In this document: positions 12,935 through 28,117 of the stretch, piece after piece
Position numbering within the stretch: position 1 is the stretch's first letter
How the letters are laid out: each line of letters begins with the position of its first letter
NCBI GenBank assembly: GCA_032718475.1
Contig: JAUCBJ010009060.1
Span: forward strand, 62,001-126,000
Length of the DNA stretch: 64,000 bases
Direction of reading: 5' to 3'
From: Nemertoderma westbladi
Lineage: Eukaryota > Animalia > Xenacoelomorpha
Notes under the pieces: generated by a model
What the model was told of the DNA's origin: nothing
The model's input: the letters and a program-made list of their open reading frames with translations, nothing else
Database searches by the model: none
Made by a program: the position numbers and the translations under genes

Positions 12935-14824
12935 TATAGAATTATATTCCCTAAATGCCGTGGATTTTCAAAATTTTATTTTATTCGAATTAACTTTGTA
13001 AAAGATTACTTTGAGTCCTCATTTGTGTTTGTTCTATCATTTGTACGCCTATTGGTCAAGTGGTTCAGTAGCTCAGTCGGTAGAGCGTTGGAAATTATAT
13101 GTGTAGTAGGTATTGAGTTCGAATCCTAGTAAGTGCGAATTATTTTTTGTGCAGAATTTCAACTCATTTAAATTAACCGCTACAAATTAATTGCATTTGT
13201 CTGTACCAATGAGACTGTAGTTATTTGATTGTAACCAATGTCGTGCAAGTTATATATTAGCTGGACCAATAGCTATCTTTAAAAACCTGTTAGAACCTAT
13301 AGAACAATCGAGAATTTTCTCGATTGATTGCAGCACAAATTTGCTATATAAAGGTGCGATTTGTTCATTAGTTATACCTCTCAGATTATCTTATCTTATC
13401 AATATTCTGTCGTGCTTAGTTTATTTCAGATTACATTGTATTATAATTATATCTTCTGTAATAAAGTCAGAATTATCGCTAATCTGCTTTTTCTATCTGT
13501 TTTACCATGATTCACCACGGTGAACCCAACTAAGGGACAGGATGGCCGGCTAGAGATCGGGCCGCAGCAATGAACGGGAACATCGGGGGAATGTAGACAA
13601 GAGACAACCCGCAATACCATCTTGAGTTATTCGCCCATCGCCTGAAAGGTTAGACAGCGTTCGACGCCTCGCTACCTAAGCGTAAGACCAAAGATCAAAA
13701 GGTAGAAGTAGTGACACGCTGTGAGCCTAAAATTACATCTTAGGGACTGTACTGTCTTGATTCAGGAAAAACCACAGTAGACCTTCACATTCCTACGGGG
13801 GGAGAGAGAGAGCAGGCAGATACTAGTACGCAGATAGGACGTAGGCACACCGGTACGAAGCATACAAATTGGTAGGGTGCAGCAAACTGTACGCCTAACT
13901 CTTGCTAAGTGCAGGTGCGTGTGCGACTATTTGTAGTACAACAGTGTCCATTGCATTAGAACTTGTAGGCTAGGAGGGTCGTTGTGTTTCACCTGAATTA
14001 GGATTGTACCGTTCAGGCGGTAGGGCAGTTTACAACTAGGCGCAAATAAATTGAGGCTATTAGGGATATACTAACATCTACCGTGTCCCCGCCAACGCCC
14101 TAATAGGAAGTTACCCGGACTACCTGGGTGACTAAAATTCTAGATAGGAGCCAGGATAGCTATTAGTAACTGTACGCCTACTGTAGTAAACTAACACATC
14201 TCTTCTTAGTATCAGGGACCTGGTACCTAAAATTGCCGAATTCTGGGCGTAGCATTAACCTTATGCCTGAATTTGAGTCCTGGAAATACGCAAGAGGGGA
14301 AGGAACCTTATCATTCGTGAGTATTGGACCTACAAGTTACAAAATTAGAATATTCGTAAAATGCACACCGTACCCAGTAATTATATATGTGAAGGAGCAA
14401 AACTGCTTTTGACCGTTCAGAATTAACACACGCGCGTTAGAAATTATTTACACCTCAAAATATATAAAATTAACTTTCGTCCGTACTGTGCTTTGCCCGC
14501 TAGTTAGACATCTCCAAATCTCTGCCTCTGTACCTAGCTAGCGTCCCTTCGCCCAACCATATAAATCACACCGCGGCAAAGTATACGAGCCCCTTAGTCC
14601 GTCAGTGAGTCAGCCTGATTTTAGGATTCGCTGCGCGGGATTTTGTTTTATCGAAGTTTGTCTGCTCGTAGACTGTTTTCTGCCTCACCGGTTATAAGAG
14701 ATCGATACTGCAATATATTCGCTTACTTAGAGTTTACTGTTTTGGTGAGAAGGTCGGATTTATGATTTGATTCACAAACTTTACAGTAGGATATTGCAGG
14801 TATTGTTACCGTCTCTTCCATATA
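12935..14824 (+). repeat. BEL LTR-containing direct repeat 1 (true LTR 3' end uncertain)
   Basis: Homology starts at TATAGAATTATATTC; contains CCAAT boxes, TATA (~13345) and AATAAA (~13460). Confidence 0.85.
13062..13148 (+). ncRNA. tRNA-like Pol III cassette in LTR1
   Basis: A-box/D-arm TAGCTCAGTCGGTAGAGC, B-box GAGTTCGAATCC and a T6 terminator; acceptor and anticodon stems do not pair. Confidence 0.7.
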
Positions 14825-15633
14825 GTAGGAATATGTTTTACTGAACTACGGTTCGGTAGGACTAAAGTTATTTGAAAATTTTGTATTTTGAGGTAAAAAT
14901 TTATATTTGATTAGCTAAGTGCTAATTTTTTGAAATAAAATTTGATTTGAACCGCGTGTAAAATATTTTTGGAATTGAATACCGGTGTTTAAAAGGGTTT
15001 AAATACCATATTGTACCGGTACAAAATTTTCGTAAAAGTAAAACCTAACTCTTTTGTTTTTCAGGATTCAGAACTCATTTCTAGACTGTAACGGGAGCAA
15101 GACCGTGTTTAGCAAGTTTGGGAGATAGATAACTCAACAACTTTGGTTGGGAAAATCGCGCTTCGTCCGCAACGTTAAAAACGGAAAGGTTCACGTTCGG
15201 TTTGTATCTGGGAATCTGTTTTTCTGGAGAATTATTGGAGTGGGTGAGTTCGAAAAGTTGCATAAATAAGTTAGGCATTACCGTATTAGTTAAAATTATT
15301 GTGGGTTCCACTGTCTCAAGTATTTATGCATTCCGTATGATTTCTTTGTTCATTGCTGAATTAGTCCGTATTATTGTATTTAATTTACCTTTTGATAACG
15401 CATATCGTTATCCGATTTATTTGTTATAAAATTGGCCGCTAGGCTAATTTTATTATATACTTATTCCGTGACATTTATTTGCTGTAAAATTGGCCGTTTA
15501 GGCTAATTTTATCCATCTGCTATAAAATCGGCCGGTAGGCTAATTTTATATGACTGTAATTAGTACCGTTTAGATATAAATACGGTAAACTCGATACTTT
15601 GACACTCACTTTACTTGACTTACAACTACCGAA

Positions 15634-18600
15634 ATGAGTGACAAACAAGACTATACGAAGAATACACAAACCGACTATGACTCATGCGACGGAGATAAGT
15701 CAGCAGCGGAAGAACAACAGGGGAAGACTCGCGAGCCTACCGAACCTACACCGTGTGCGTCACCAGTACATCCAACGGGAGTACCGGATGCCGTAGTACG
15801 AGGCGACGGCAGGACCGAGGACTTTCTAACTGTTCCGCAACCTAGATACAGGGAAACGGACATGGTAAGTTCAGCAGGAAGCCAGGAGAGCGTGGTTAGA
15901 AGCGTCGGTGGATACATGGCGCATATTACCAGGAGTATTGGAGAAGGCCAACGCATATTAGACGAGTTGACCGCTCCGATGTCTCGATTCGAGTTCTACA
16001 CCCTCCAGGTTAGAGTACAGAGTAAAGTATATAAGTCCGTAGATAATCTAGTTGGCCTACAAGATCTAGCTAGACAGAGACAGGACATGGATACTCAACT
16101 TAGAATCCTCGAGAAACTAATGATCGCTAGAGAGAAACTGATTCAGTTTAAGTCGACGATTAGACAGATACAACAGGAACAAGCGGACCAGTTGTTAGGT
16201 GAGTCAGTTTCGGACGAATTATTACAGCCCGAGGAAGAACAGGAACTGTACCGACTGGATGGACAATTGAAACATCTGACGGACCACTTACGTATGTGCG
16301 GCGAGGATGTCGGAGATTGGGAAACCGTGCCGGAATATACGAGGGAAACTTCACCCGTACGAATCGAATCGGCACCGGGAATACTGAATCAATCACTGGT
16401 GAGTATTCGCAGCGAGATTAACGAGGTAAGCATGGTCACGTCAGAAGTTGCTCGACAACAGCAACAGTTCTACAGACAGCAACACGAGATGGAAGAACAA
16501 ACTCAACTGCTAATGATACAAACAGCGGTAGAGGAAGAGAAAATACGTGTTGCGAATGTAGCGAGAATCTCTCATCTGCAGGAACAAGCCGAACTCGAAG
16601 CGGCCGAAATGGAAAGGTTAGAGTTGGACATTGCCCAACAAGCGGCAGCGGCCGAGTTAGCGCAACGAACGGCAACAGCCGAGTTAGAGCGACAAACGGC
16701 AGCGGCAGCGGCAGCGGCCGAGTTAGAGCGACAAACGGAAGCGGCAGAGTTAGAAAGAAAAAGGTTAGTTTCAGAAGCCAGAGTCGAGATGAAGACACGG
16801 CAAATAAAAGCCCAACAAGCGATACGACAAGCAGAGTTCGAGGCGCAACAACAACAAACGGAACAACGAGAAAAGGAAGTTAAACTTCGTTTCGAACTTG
16901 AGAAAAGGGCGAGAGAATTAGCCGAAACCAAGGAAAATCTGGATCTTCTAGCCCGTGATCGATCGATGAGATCTCGTGACGGACATGATTTGGACCAGAT
17001 AGAGGTAAGGCACCGCCAAATCCAGGAACGACTAAAGGAAGGTTCGATAGGAGCACCTGGACGGGAACGACAATTAGTAAAGGACTTATGTCAAAGATTC
17101 CCTCAAGTAACCCCTATGTTCGCACCAGTTACAACTAAGGAACCTGTTTCGATTGCGGGTAGTAGTGATATTTCTCCTATCCATGGTGCGACGGAACACA
17201 GGTTTGTTATTCCGGACAAGTTTACACCGCCAAGAGCAACGTCGTCGCCTATTCCGAAAGTCAAGGTAAGTAACCCACCGATTACAGATCGTAGTAGTTT
17301 GTTGACTGGACCTGCACTACTGACGACTAAACAGGTGAGTCCACCGTCGACACCTAAACCCGTTACACACTACGCTTACCCAATGACGTTTAGGCCAACA
17401 AGGCCTTTGGATTCAAATGCTGTCATTCGACCACGACTTCAGTTTACATCGCAATCTACGACTTCGAGGAAGACTTGTGAGCCTACCGAACAACGGAGAA
17501 CAGTGGATACGCGACCGTTCAACCAGTGTACATCGCAATCTACGACTTCGAGGAAGACTTGTGAGCCTACCGAACAACGGAGACTAGTGGATACGCGACC
17601 GTTCAACCAGTTTACATCGCAATCTACGACTTCGAGGAAGACTTGTGAGCCTACCGAACAACGGAGATCAGTGGACGATGTTCCGAAACGAAACGTTAGA
17701 ATTCGTACGACACAACGGACGCGAGCACGTCGACCACCATATCCAGATGATAGTAGTACTTCGAGCGAATCGGATTACCCGAAACGCGAGGTATTTAGAA
17801 CAGGGGCGGCCGATGAATATAAACGCGAGCGTTCAGACAACTCCTTTGCAGACAATCCTCCACAGAATACACCAACACAGAAGGCGTTACAACCAACGGA
17901 CGCAATCAGTACACAACAGTTCGCCGACATCCTGCGACCAGTTGTTAACAAGTTGGCTCAGATCGAGGAGCGTCTGGAGGAAGTTCAAACCGATAGTTCG
18001 AGGAACACTGAATTCGAACACAATAGACACCCGAAGGAACCACAAAGACCGGTACCTTCAAAACACCCATCGTATCAGGGAAAAGCGCCAAGAAGGGATA
18101 TCAACCAGTGTACCAACCAAGGACGCGAAACTCTGAACGTTGCCGAGGAGATAGCGAAATTCGCAGCCAGACAGGGATTGCCGGTGCAACAACCACCGAA
18201 GTTTTCCGGTAGCTCAAAACACTGGCACACTTTCGTAGACTATATCGAATCTCAGATCGCCGTGTGCGCCTTTACATCACGGGAGAAGTTTAATTACCTG
18301 CTTCAAACGTTGTCAGGAGAACCTAAACGTTTGGCAGAGACCTTCGTTGGTGTACCGGACGCCTTTCGAACTAGCGTACGATCGTTTAACTTCGATATAT
18401 GGAGGTACAGTCAGTATGGCCAGGTCAGTAATAGAGGAACTCTGTAAGGGAGGGGCTATCACTAAACCCGTCGACTTATTAAAACTGGCCGACGAGATAA
18501 AGAACGCTATCACTACTTTAAGATCCATTGGACAACTTGACTACGGGAATACCCCTACAGTCCTATTAAAGATCATAGGACGACTCCACCATCGACTTCG

Positions 18601-21600
18601 TCGGGAGTGGAGAAAGATCGAATACCAGCGAGAAGAGCGGGGTGGATTCTTAAAACTAGAGGATGTGTACCTTTTGATATCCAGGGAAGCAGTTGTAGAA
18701 ACTCGATCCAACTACACTGACCAGCACATCGTAGCAGAAGGGATCACCTTGCCATCCTCCAACCGACAAAAACCCCAGACAACATCCACCAAGACGGCCA
18801 CTTACGCCACACCGACGGAATCACGACAATTCTCGGACGGTAGTAGGGTATCTGCGCCCATTGGGACAAAACAGACGAGACAACAACTCAGTACCGACTT
18901 CAGCGGCTGCCAATACTGCGAGCATTTAGGCAAGCGGTATATCGGTCACAAGTTGCGAGGTTGTCGACAGTTTCGCGAGTTAAACTCGGAAGAACGACGG
19001 CTGCAGATACGGCCATTGGACTCTTGTTGGCGGTGTACGCGACACGGACACGTCCGTAAAGATTGCCCAAATACCGACACTTGTCCATCCTGTGGACGCA
19101 ACCACGACGGTCTGCTCCACACAGACAGCCACACACCGACAAAACGCTTCGCCAGGGAACACCCGGAAGCAGCAGCGAGATGTGATGCGGCCTACAGAAA
19201 ACGAGAATCGAAAACGACTCCGACCTTCGTGACCCATATTGAGGATTGCTTCTCAGAACAACCCGGATCGTCGGACGAAGAGTCAGAAGACGACGACGTA
19301 TATTCGGATGGAGATGAACAGCCATCGATCGCGCTTCTGACTACTGACCAACTAAAGGGATTTAGTGTAATTCCGATTAAGATTACTGGCACAAAGGGGA
19401 GTAAGAGAATCTACGCTATTCTAGATTCAGCCTCATCTCACAGTTACGTGGATGAAAAGATAGCTGATGTAGTGACGGATCTCAGACAAGGTAAGCGCGT
19501 CAGTTATACCGTAAGTAGTATGCACGGACAGCGTGCAATACCAGTGACACGAGTCAAGTTAAACTTAGACTCTCTTCTTCCGAAATCGCAACACAGCGAG
19601 AGGGAGAGGTCTTTGTTACCCTTCAAGGATTTGACCTTTGCGGCCACCAAAGACTTTAGTAACCTACTAGGTCCGGTCCCAGAACAATCCTTGGAGGACC
19701 GTAAGTATTTCAGACACCTTGGTGTACCCGAATGTCCTGTCAATTATAGATCGGTAGCCATGCTGATCGGGACAGACCAATTCAACCTACACCAAGTGTG
19801 GGAAACCAGACCATCGGCAGTCGTAGCGGGAAACGCATACGCCTGCAGAACGCCGATAGGGTGGTATACTCGAGCGCCTGTGCGCACACTAGACGTAAGT
19901 GACGAGGAAGACGATGTACAAAGTACATGTAGTTTATTAACTACAAATTCAATTCATTCCTTCTCACACGACGTGAACCATACTACACTACAGTCGACAA
20001 AACATGACAGACGTGTGACTAGTATGATAAGTCACAAGGAGCAGCTAACCCACCAGGTGAGTTTAGAACTTGGGGAGAAGACGAGTCAGCTAGAGATTCC
20101 ATCGACGACAGATGATAACGCCGGAAGGCTTGCGAGTCTACCTACCCCAATAACCTCAACAATACCCGTCGATATCGATAATGACGCGTTGAGAAATCAT
20201 CAATTGGAACAAGCTGTATTGGACAAAGAATTAACGGAGAAGACTATCAGGTGGTTAGAACAAGATACAGCTGAACCTGGTAGCTACGAACCTTGTATGT
20301 CGGAACAGGAGAAACAATCTTTGAGGATCATGGAAGATACTATCCGCCAGACGGAGGACGGACATTATGAGGTAGGGATGTTATGGCGTAGCCAAAGTCC
20401 TAAACTTATAAATAACTACCCACTAGCTTTAAGACGTCTACACTCAATACGGCAACGTCTATTAAAGGACGAGAAAGCCCATCTGCAGTACAACACTCAG
20501 ATGGAGACGTATTTGACTAAGGGATACGCTATCCGAATGACTAACCCAGAGATAGTGACTAACCAGACATACTACCTGCCACATCACTACGTGAGACACC
20601 CCGACAAACCAGATAAAGTACGCGTAGTCAATGACTGTGCGGCTCTGTTTGAGGGAATGTCCCTCAATAGCGAGTTGATGGATGGACCAAACATGAATAA
20701 TTATCTTATGGGGGTGATTATGCGCTTCCGTCAGCGTCAAGTAGCTTTTACTTGTGACGTTGAAGCGATGTTTCACCAAGTGAGAGCGTTAGAGCGAGAC
20801 AGAGACAGTTTGCGGTTCCTCTGGTACCCGGAAGGAGACTTAAGTCTACCACCGGCGACTTACCAAATGCAAGTTCGCGTTTTCGGTGCCAGGGACAGCC
20901 CAAACTGCACGATGTACGCCCTAAAACAAGCCGCTAGGGATCAGAAACACCTGTATGACCCAGAGATAATTAGGATTGTGGAACGTGACTTCTACGTCGA
21001 CGACGGATTACAGAGTTGCGACACAGTAGAACGTGCTACAACAGTAGCACATCAATTACGGGACTGCTTAGCGGGCGGAGGTTTTAACCTCACCAAATTC
21101 GCCTCAAACAGTGCCGAATTAGTAGACTCATTCGGAACGACTGAGCGTGGAGGTGGTGACATAGACCTAGAGTTCGAACCACTACCAACGACCAAGGTGT
21201 TGGGGCTCTTTTGGGACCCAAACACAGACAACTTTCGAGTGAAAGTGAGACTGGACAGTCAAGAAAACACACTGACAAAGAGATCATGCTTGTCAAAATT
21301 GAGCCGATTGTTCGATCCATTAGGATTCATCAGTCCAATTATACTGCAAGCCCGCATTTATATGCGCAGTATTTGGAAGGATGGACTGACATGGGACGAG
21401 CCGATCTCATCAGACCAAGTGGACTTATGGAAGACCTGGGAGGCGGAATTATCTTCGCTAGAGGATTATTCCATACCCAGAGTCTACTTTCCATTACAAA
21501 CAACATTTCCTGACAACTTGGAATTACACTGTTTTTCTGACGCCAGTGACAACGGTTTTGGTGTGGCAGCGTACTTGCGCAGACAAGTAGACTCAGCAGA

Positions 21601-24448
21601 ATTCGATGTTTCGCTCATTACTTCTAAGGCAAAAACAATGCCTACTAAGTATATGACGACACCACGAGCTGAGCTACAAGCCGCAACCCTGTCAACCACC
21701 ATCGTGAACCTTATACAGACAGAACTACAGTCAAGTTTACAGATATTTTATTGGACTGACGCGACGTTGGTTTTATTTTACATAAACAACGACACACTTG
21801 AATTCAAGACATTCGTAGCTAACCGTCGTGCAGAAATTCTAGACTGTTCAATAAAAGAGGATTGGCGACATTGTCCCGGACCACAAAACCCAGCTGATAT
21901 TGCGTCGTGAGGAATGATGCCTGAGGAATTCTGTAAACCGGAAAACAAAGAATTTTGGCAACACGGACCCCAATTCTTGCAGAAATCGATGCAAGATTGG
22001 CCACCGTTATACGACAACAAGTCTAACACCATCCCTAAGGACGCCGAAATCAAGAAACCAAAAAAGGGGAAGGCAAAGAAAAAGACGACGGCGACAAAAC
22101 TCAAGAAAAAACCGAAGGCGAAATGGAAAGCGATAACTTCAAAGGTCAAGAGAGGAAGACTTGCGAGCCTTTCTACACCAGACATATCGCCAGACGGTCA
22201 AACAGACACGTTACTAGACAGCCAACCAGACATTTTGCCAGACATATCACAAAATGTTCTACCAGACACTAGTAACATACTGACAAATAGTAAAGCCGCA
22301 GTTTCTCTATTGGAGCGGCCTTCTATTGACAAACAACCAGATACGTTACCAGACGTATTGCCAGACACGTTGCTAGACGGTCAACCAGACGTTTTGCCAG
22401 ACACGTCACTAGATATTTCGCCAGATGTTCCGCGAAACATTTTACCAGACATGTCACAAAATGTTCTACCAGACATTAGTAATGTATTGACAAATAGTGA
22501 AGCCGCAGTTTCCCTATTGGAGCGGCCTTGTATTGACAAACTACCAATTTTGACACACTTGAGCAACCATAAGCATGGTGAAACCTCATGTATTACAGAT
22601 GTGGGTAGTACCTACGCTAATGTAAATACAGGTGTTACTCTGCGCTCAAGAGACATACCAAACTTGCAACCTATGGTGAAACCTGGGATTAATATCGGCA
22701 GAAAAATAAGTTTACCGAAACCCACTGACCCCATAGAGTTCAAACCACCATTAACGATCAACTTACAAAGTACCGACAATCAAGGTAAGAAGACAAAGAA
22801 GGACAAATTACTTGTAGACCGGACGGATCAATAGTCAACAAGGGAATACCTACCGGCGGACCCGTGGGCCCTTCTAGTAATTCAAAACCTTCCAAAATCT
22901 CCATTGACTTACCTGATGACGTCACAAATACTTACGTCGACCGTATTGTAAACCTAACAGACTCTTGGACAAACGTTTGCCGAAAATTAGCGTGGATTGT
23001 ACGTTTTGTACAATACGTTAAAGGCAAACGTGACTTTACACGTCGACTTACATTGGCTGAGATTGACAGGTGTGAAATTAAATTAATTCGCCATTACCAA
23101 CTGCGATATTTCGCGCGCGAATTCACATCTATAAATCAAGGTCAACCAATCAAGTCGTCACCAATACTGAGTTGGAGTCCGATTATTTATAATGGCTTAA
23201 TTTGTCATAAATCTCGGCTTCAAAACATTGACTTTAACACAAACTTTAGATACCCAATAATAATACCACAACATCACGAACTACAACGTGCAATGATACT
23301 GGACGCACATTTACATCTGAAACACGCTGGAAGACACCACTGTCTTTCCTACTTACGTACAAGATTTGTATTAATTAGACCCAGTAAAGCGTTAAGTTCA
23401 GTGACACGTACGTGTATTATTTGTAAAAAGGTACATTCTAGAATAGGTACCCAAGAAATGAGTGAACTTCCACAAGCACGACTTCAAGCATTCAGACCAC
23501 CTTTTACAGAGACTGGAATTGATTGCTTTGGTCCCATACATACGAAACGTGGACGTATACTAGTAAAACGCTGGGGACTGATTTTCACATGTATGTCCAG
23601 TAGGGCAGTTCATATTGAACGTGTGATGGATCTTTCCACCAACGCGTTTATACTAGCATTGCGGCGATTTATCGCTAGACGCGGACTAGTAAAATGCTTG
23701 TACTCAGACCAAGGGACAAACTTTGTTGGTGCTCGAAATGAGATTGCTAGAGCCTTTAAGAAATTAGATCATGATCAAATCTCGAACGAACTACAACCTC
23801 ACAAGATTGTTTGGAAGTTTAATCCTCCAGATAGTCCATGGAGAGGCGGAGTCTGGGAGAGATTGATTAGATCTATCAAAGACGGCCATGGCAAAGGTCA
23901 TTCCAGTAAACCACATATTGACAGACGACCAACTGACAACACTGTTTGTTGAAATCGAGGCAATACTAAATACTAGACCAATAGTATTAGTACCCGATGA
24001 CAAACAATCTCAGTTTGCTTTGACACCGGCACACCTGCTAATGCAGGCACCGACTACATTAATGACGCCTATTTCTATTCCAATAGAAAGCGATAGCTAC
24101 GGTAGAAAAGCGTGGAAAATCACGCAACTACTGGCTAACAAATTCTGGGAAATATGGCAAAACCATTATTTGCCCTCTATTTCTGCCAGAACAACTTGGT
24201 ACAATAACACCCGCGCATTAAAGCCGGGAGATCACGTGCTGTTAGCGGAAGTGAATCTAAAAAGACGCTTCTGGATAACAGGTGTAATTTTAGCCACACA
24301 TCCATCTATGGATGGAGTGACAAGAACTGTGACGGTACGGACAATTGACGGTCGTACAGTAGACAGACCGACTCAACGTCTCGTACTTCTTGAAGAGACT
24401 CGTAACGAGTCTGGAGACTACAAATCTCCACCTAATATTAGTAAATAA
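15634..24448 (+). pseudogene. BEL gag-pol copy 1, disrupted
   Basis: Highly similar to 30687-39986, but with +1 frameshifts at ~18365 and ~23878, a CGA>TGA stop at 21908-21910 and a -1 frameshift at ~22820. Confidence 0.9.
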
Positions 24449-25109
24449 TTAGGAGTTTACAAATAGATTTCCACGTACCTGTACACCGTAGTAAGGACAG
24501 CGGTAGAATTCCATTGTCTTTATATGTGAACATTGAGGGTAGTACCCTTATGTGTCACATAGGAGCGGGATTTGTAGGTATAAGAAATGGAATTCTACTT
24601 GGAACTCACAATATTGAGACATTTTCGAAATTTTAGACAATCCATTTGGATTTGAAAAATTTTTAAAATTTTCTCCAGTGAATAGATTTCAGGGTACAGT
24701 CGGGTGGAACTTAAAATTAGAGAAACAAGAGAGGAAGACTTGCGAGCCTTTCTTAAAATTTTAATTAAATTTTACACGGTCTTGTTTCAATAAGTTACGT
24801 CAATAAATAGACTCCCCTATATTTATTACTAATTCTTGATTGCTTATTTTCTGATAATAGTTTGGGATCAAAAGGTGAGTATTTTAGACTCACAGCCAGT
24901 TTAGCCCAAATTCGTTTTTATTTCGGCAAAAAATTTTAGATAAGAAGCAGCGTGTCATTAAAGAAACCCTAGATCTTAGGCTATGGGTAGGAGGTTAGAG
25001 CGTTGTCGAGCCCAAAGGGCAGACGAAACTCTCACGTCTCCTCACAACTAACTACAAACTCTGTTGTATTCCCTCTAGTAGTAATGATTATGTAACTACA
25101 CCCCTAATT

Positions 25110-27119
25110 ATGGAGAAAGGGATACAAGGAGAGCCGAGATGGGGATATGATATCCAAGAGGAGGCAGCAGCGCCATTCGAAAGATTTGGAGCCAAGGACT
25201 ACACTATATTTGGTATAAAGGAATTATCGGAAAGTACAGCGAAACTCGCGAGAACTAAATATGACTCAAATGTATTAAAGAGAAGACAAAACGCATTAAA
25301 CGAAAGAATCGAAAGTTTGCGCAAAACCTTCAATGAACTTTACCCGTACGACGCTTTGTGTGATACGGGAGACATTAGCGAAGACCCCGATACTGAAATT
25401 AGTCGTTTGTATCATACCATGCAATACCTGAAGGCGCACGAACCTATGCCCGCGGTACGCAGATGAATTCGATGGAATGCATCTTTACAGACGAACTCGA
25501 GGGGACGATAGAGAAACCAAGGAAGCATTTTCAGTTTATAAACTTTATTATCAATGCGGTTCTTGTATGCGCGAACAACGAAATGCGATTCCGATGCGTT
25601 TGAATAAGGAAAATCCCGAACCGATATTGGCGAGGTGTTCGAACCATCAACAACTATGTTACCCTATGAAGGAGAACGTATCGTGGAGATTACGGATGAA
25701 TCACGGCAGACGCGCGCGCCTATCGGTCACCTTGGTGATGATTTCGAAGTAACTACTACGATCGCTGACGATCCTTTAGAGGAACTTCTTGAGATAGAAA
25801 GGAACCTCCCGAAGAAATCTCAGACGGAGATTCGACAACTTGAAGCAACAGATGCTATAGTTTGTATACAACCTTCAGAAACCTACCAACCCATAGATCC
25901 AGATGATTACGATTATAGTGTGGGAGGAAGCGCTCGACCGATTGGAGATCTTATATACGAACGAGTGTGGTACCCTGCCAATACGATGTGTGGTAAATGT
26001 GGCGTCGCTGGACATCATATGACAAAGTGCAGTGGAAAGCACATTACTACGACTCAGCTAATCTGTGGATGGTGTGGGGATCAAGGGTCTCATACCTTTT
26101 ATACTTGCTGGAGATTTATGGCTCAATGTACTTATTGCAATATAAAAGGACATCGAGCATCTGAATGCCAACTAAGAGACATACCTTATGAACACGAATC
26201 TGTAAAACTCGTGAGGAAATTATTTGATGAGTGGGAAGATTTAGCCGACGAACATGTATCGGCACAAAGAAGACGATTTCCGATGAGGGCGCATCTTGGA
26301 TTTTGGGCGGTAAATCCCCAAACGATGATGTCGGAAGGATACATCTCCGCTATGCCCCAATATGACGAACTTATCGAGGTAGTCGATATTTTGCCCCACG
26401 ACAGCGGATTCCGAGTAGTGCGCGAGTATCTACTACAGATTCACCCGGATAACAAAAACACGTGGAATTTTCAGAAAGTCGTTAATCGCATTACGTATGG
26501 TGAATTCGATCGTTTCCGAACTGAAAAGCGGAATAAAGGAGCTTGGTTAACCGTCGCATGGGCGTACCGAGCCGCGTTTTACCATAAACGTATACGAGCG
26601 AGCGTATTCGAGGAAGAGGAGGTCCTAGAGGCGACGAATATACCAGCCACTCCGGTTGCGCCGTCTGCACGTCACCCTCGGGAGGACGGACAGGGTAGGA
26701 TCATACGGGTCCAGAAAGTGGGCCAACAATTAAAGAAAATTATTAATATAGAAGAACGCAAGGGAGTTGAGCCGACCATTCGAGTTACTCGGGATACGGT
26801 ATCGCTTCCTAGAGAACCAGTAGGAGGATCGGGACATACACCAGCTGATCAACAGGGGGCGCAAGCTACTCTTGGGTCTGCGTCGTCCGCTTCTCGCGCG
26901 TTCCCAGACGTTCTACCAACTGTAGTGACAACTGATCGGTCACGAGGAATCGGTCGAGGTTTTGGGATGCCAAATAGACGAATTTGCGAGGAAATAGTCG
27001 CACCGTCTCTCAACGTCCAAACGAAACCAGTGACTCGCCCCACGAGTCCCATATCGCGAGCAAAGTCACCTGTGCGCAGTTTTCGAGGACGCGGCAGGGC
27101 TCGATCCACTAAGCGATAA
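25110..27119 (+). pseudogene. Extra ORF2 copy 1: internal 1717-bp deletion removes the exonuclease domain; zinc knuckles retained
   Basis: Junction CAACAACTA|TGTTACCC at 25656/25657 joins copy-2 positions 41193 and 42911; there is also a +1 insertion near 25459. Confidence 0.9.
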
Positions 27120-27215
27120 AAGGGAGGGCAAGGGTGGACGGAAGACTCGTGAGCCTTTCTTATGATTTGTGATTTATTTGAATTATATTTATATTTAGTA
27201 AGTTTTGTATTCTGG

Positions 27216-27430
27216 AAAACTCATATTTAGTAAAACTTATATTTAGTAAAACTTATATTTAGTAAAACTTATATTTAGTAAGACTTATATTTGTAAAACT
27301 TATATTTAGTAAGACTTATATTTTGTAAGAATTTATATTTTATATTTGTGATTATTCCGAACTTATGCAATTTATATTATTCCGAACTTATGCAATTTAT
27401 ATTGTTCCGAATATTATGCAATTTATATTT
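27216..27430. repeat. 3' UTR minisatellites (16-bp AAAACTTATATTTAGT and 25-bp CCGAACTTATGCAATTTATATTATT)
   Basis: Visible tandem units; copy numbers differ from the equivalent region at 44460-44685. Confidence 0.8.
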
Positions 27431-28117
27431 TATAAGCAGTATTTGTATTTACAGTGAAATAGAAAGTAAGAGTAGATGGAAGACTCGTGGGCCTTTCTTA
27501 TAGTTTCATTTGTAAAGTGTTATATTTTGTATTTAGAAAGTTTTATAGTCAGAAAGTTTTGTGCTTAGAAAGACTCATATTTGTAATTATTCCAAACTTA
27601 TGCAATCTACATTTAGGTACGAAAGTATTTGTAATTACTTGAATTTATGCAATATTTGAGATGCAATAGTAGATGGAAGACTCGCGAGCCTTTCTTATTG
27701 TTTTCATTTATTTGTATTTGTAATTGTTTGAATTTATGCAATATTGAGATGCAATAGATTTATATTGGTGAATTTAATTTAGATTTATATTGTACTTACT
27801 TAGTAAAGCCTTAAATACGTAAAGTTTGAATTTGTAATTATTTTTGTATCGAATCATTACGTAGAAAGGAAGTATTATTTGAAATTTAATTGTAAATATG
27901 TAAGTACGCCCTAAGTATTCTATAGTTTGATTGATTATTGGTGAAAACCGTATATTTTATGCACGATAATATCCTGTTTTCATGGAGCGGTATAGAATTA
28001 TATTCCCTAAATGCCGTGGATTTTCAAAATTTTATTTTATTCGAATTAACTTTGTAAAAGATTGCTTTGAGTCCTCATTTGTATTTGTTATATCTATTGT
28101 ACGCCTATTGGTCAAGT

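Noticed and set aside
13062-13148. Functional tRNA gene
   Set aside because: Acceptor and anticodon stems do not pair; only the D-arm and T-loop are retained.
14743-14760. TGGTGAGAAGGTCGGATT as the BEL primer-binding site
   Set aside because: It is one nucleotide short of the tRNA 3'-end register, is not preceded by CA, and matches no tRNA I recognise; it should still be tested against the host tRNA set.
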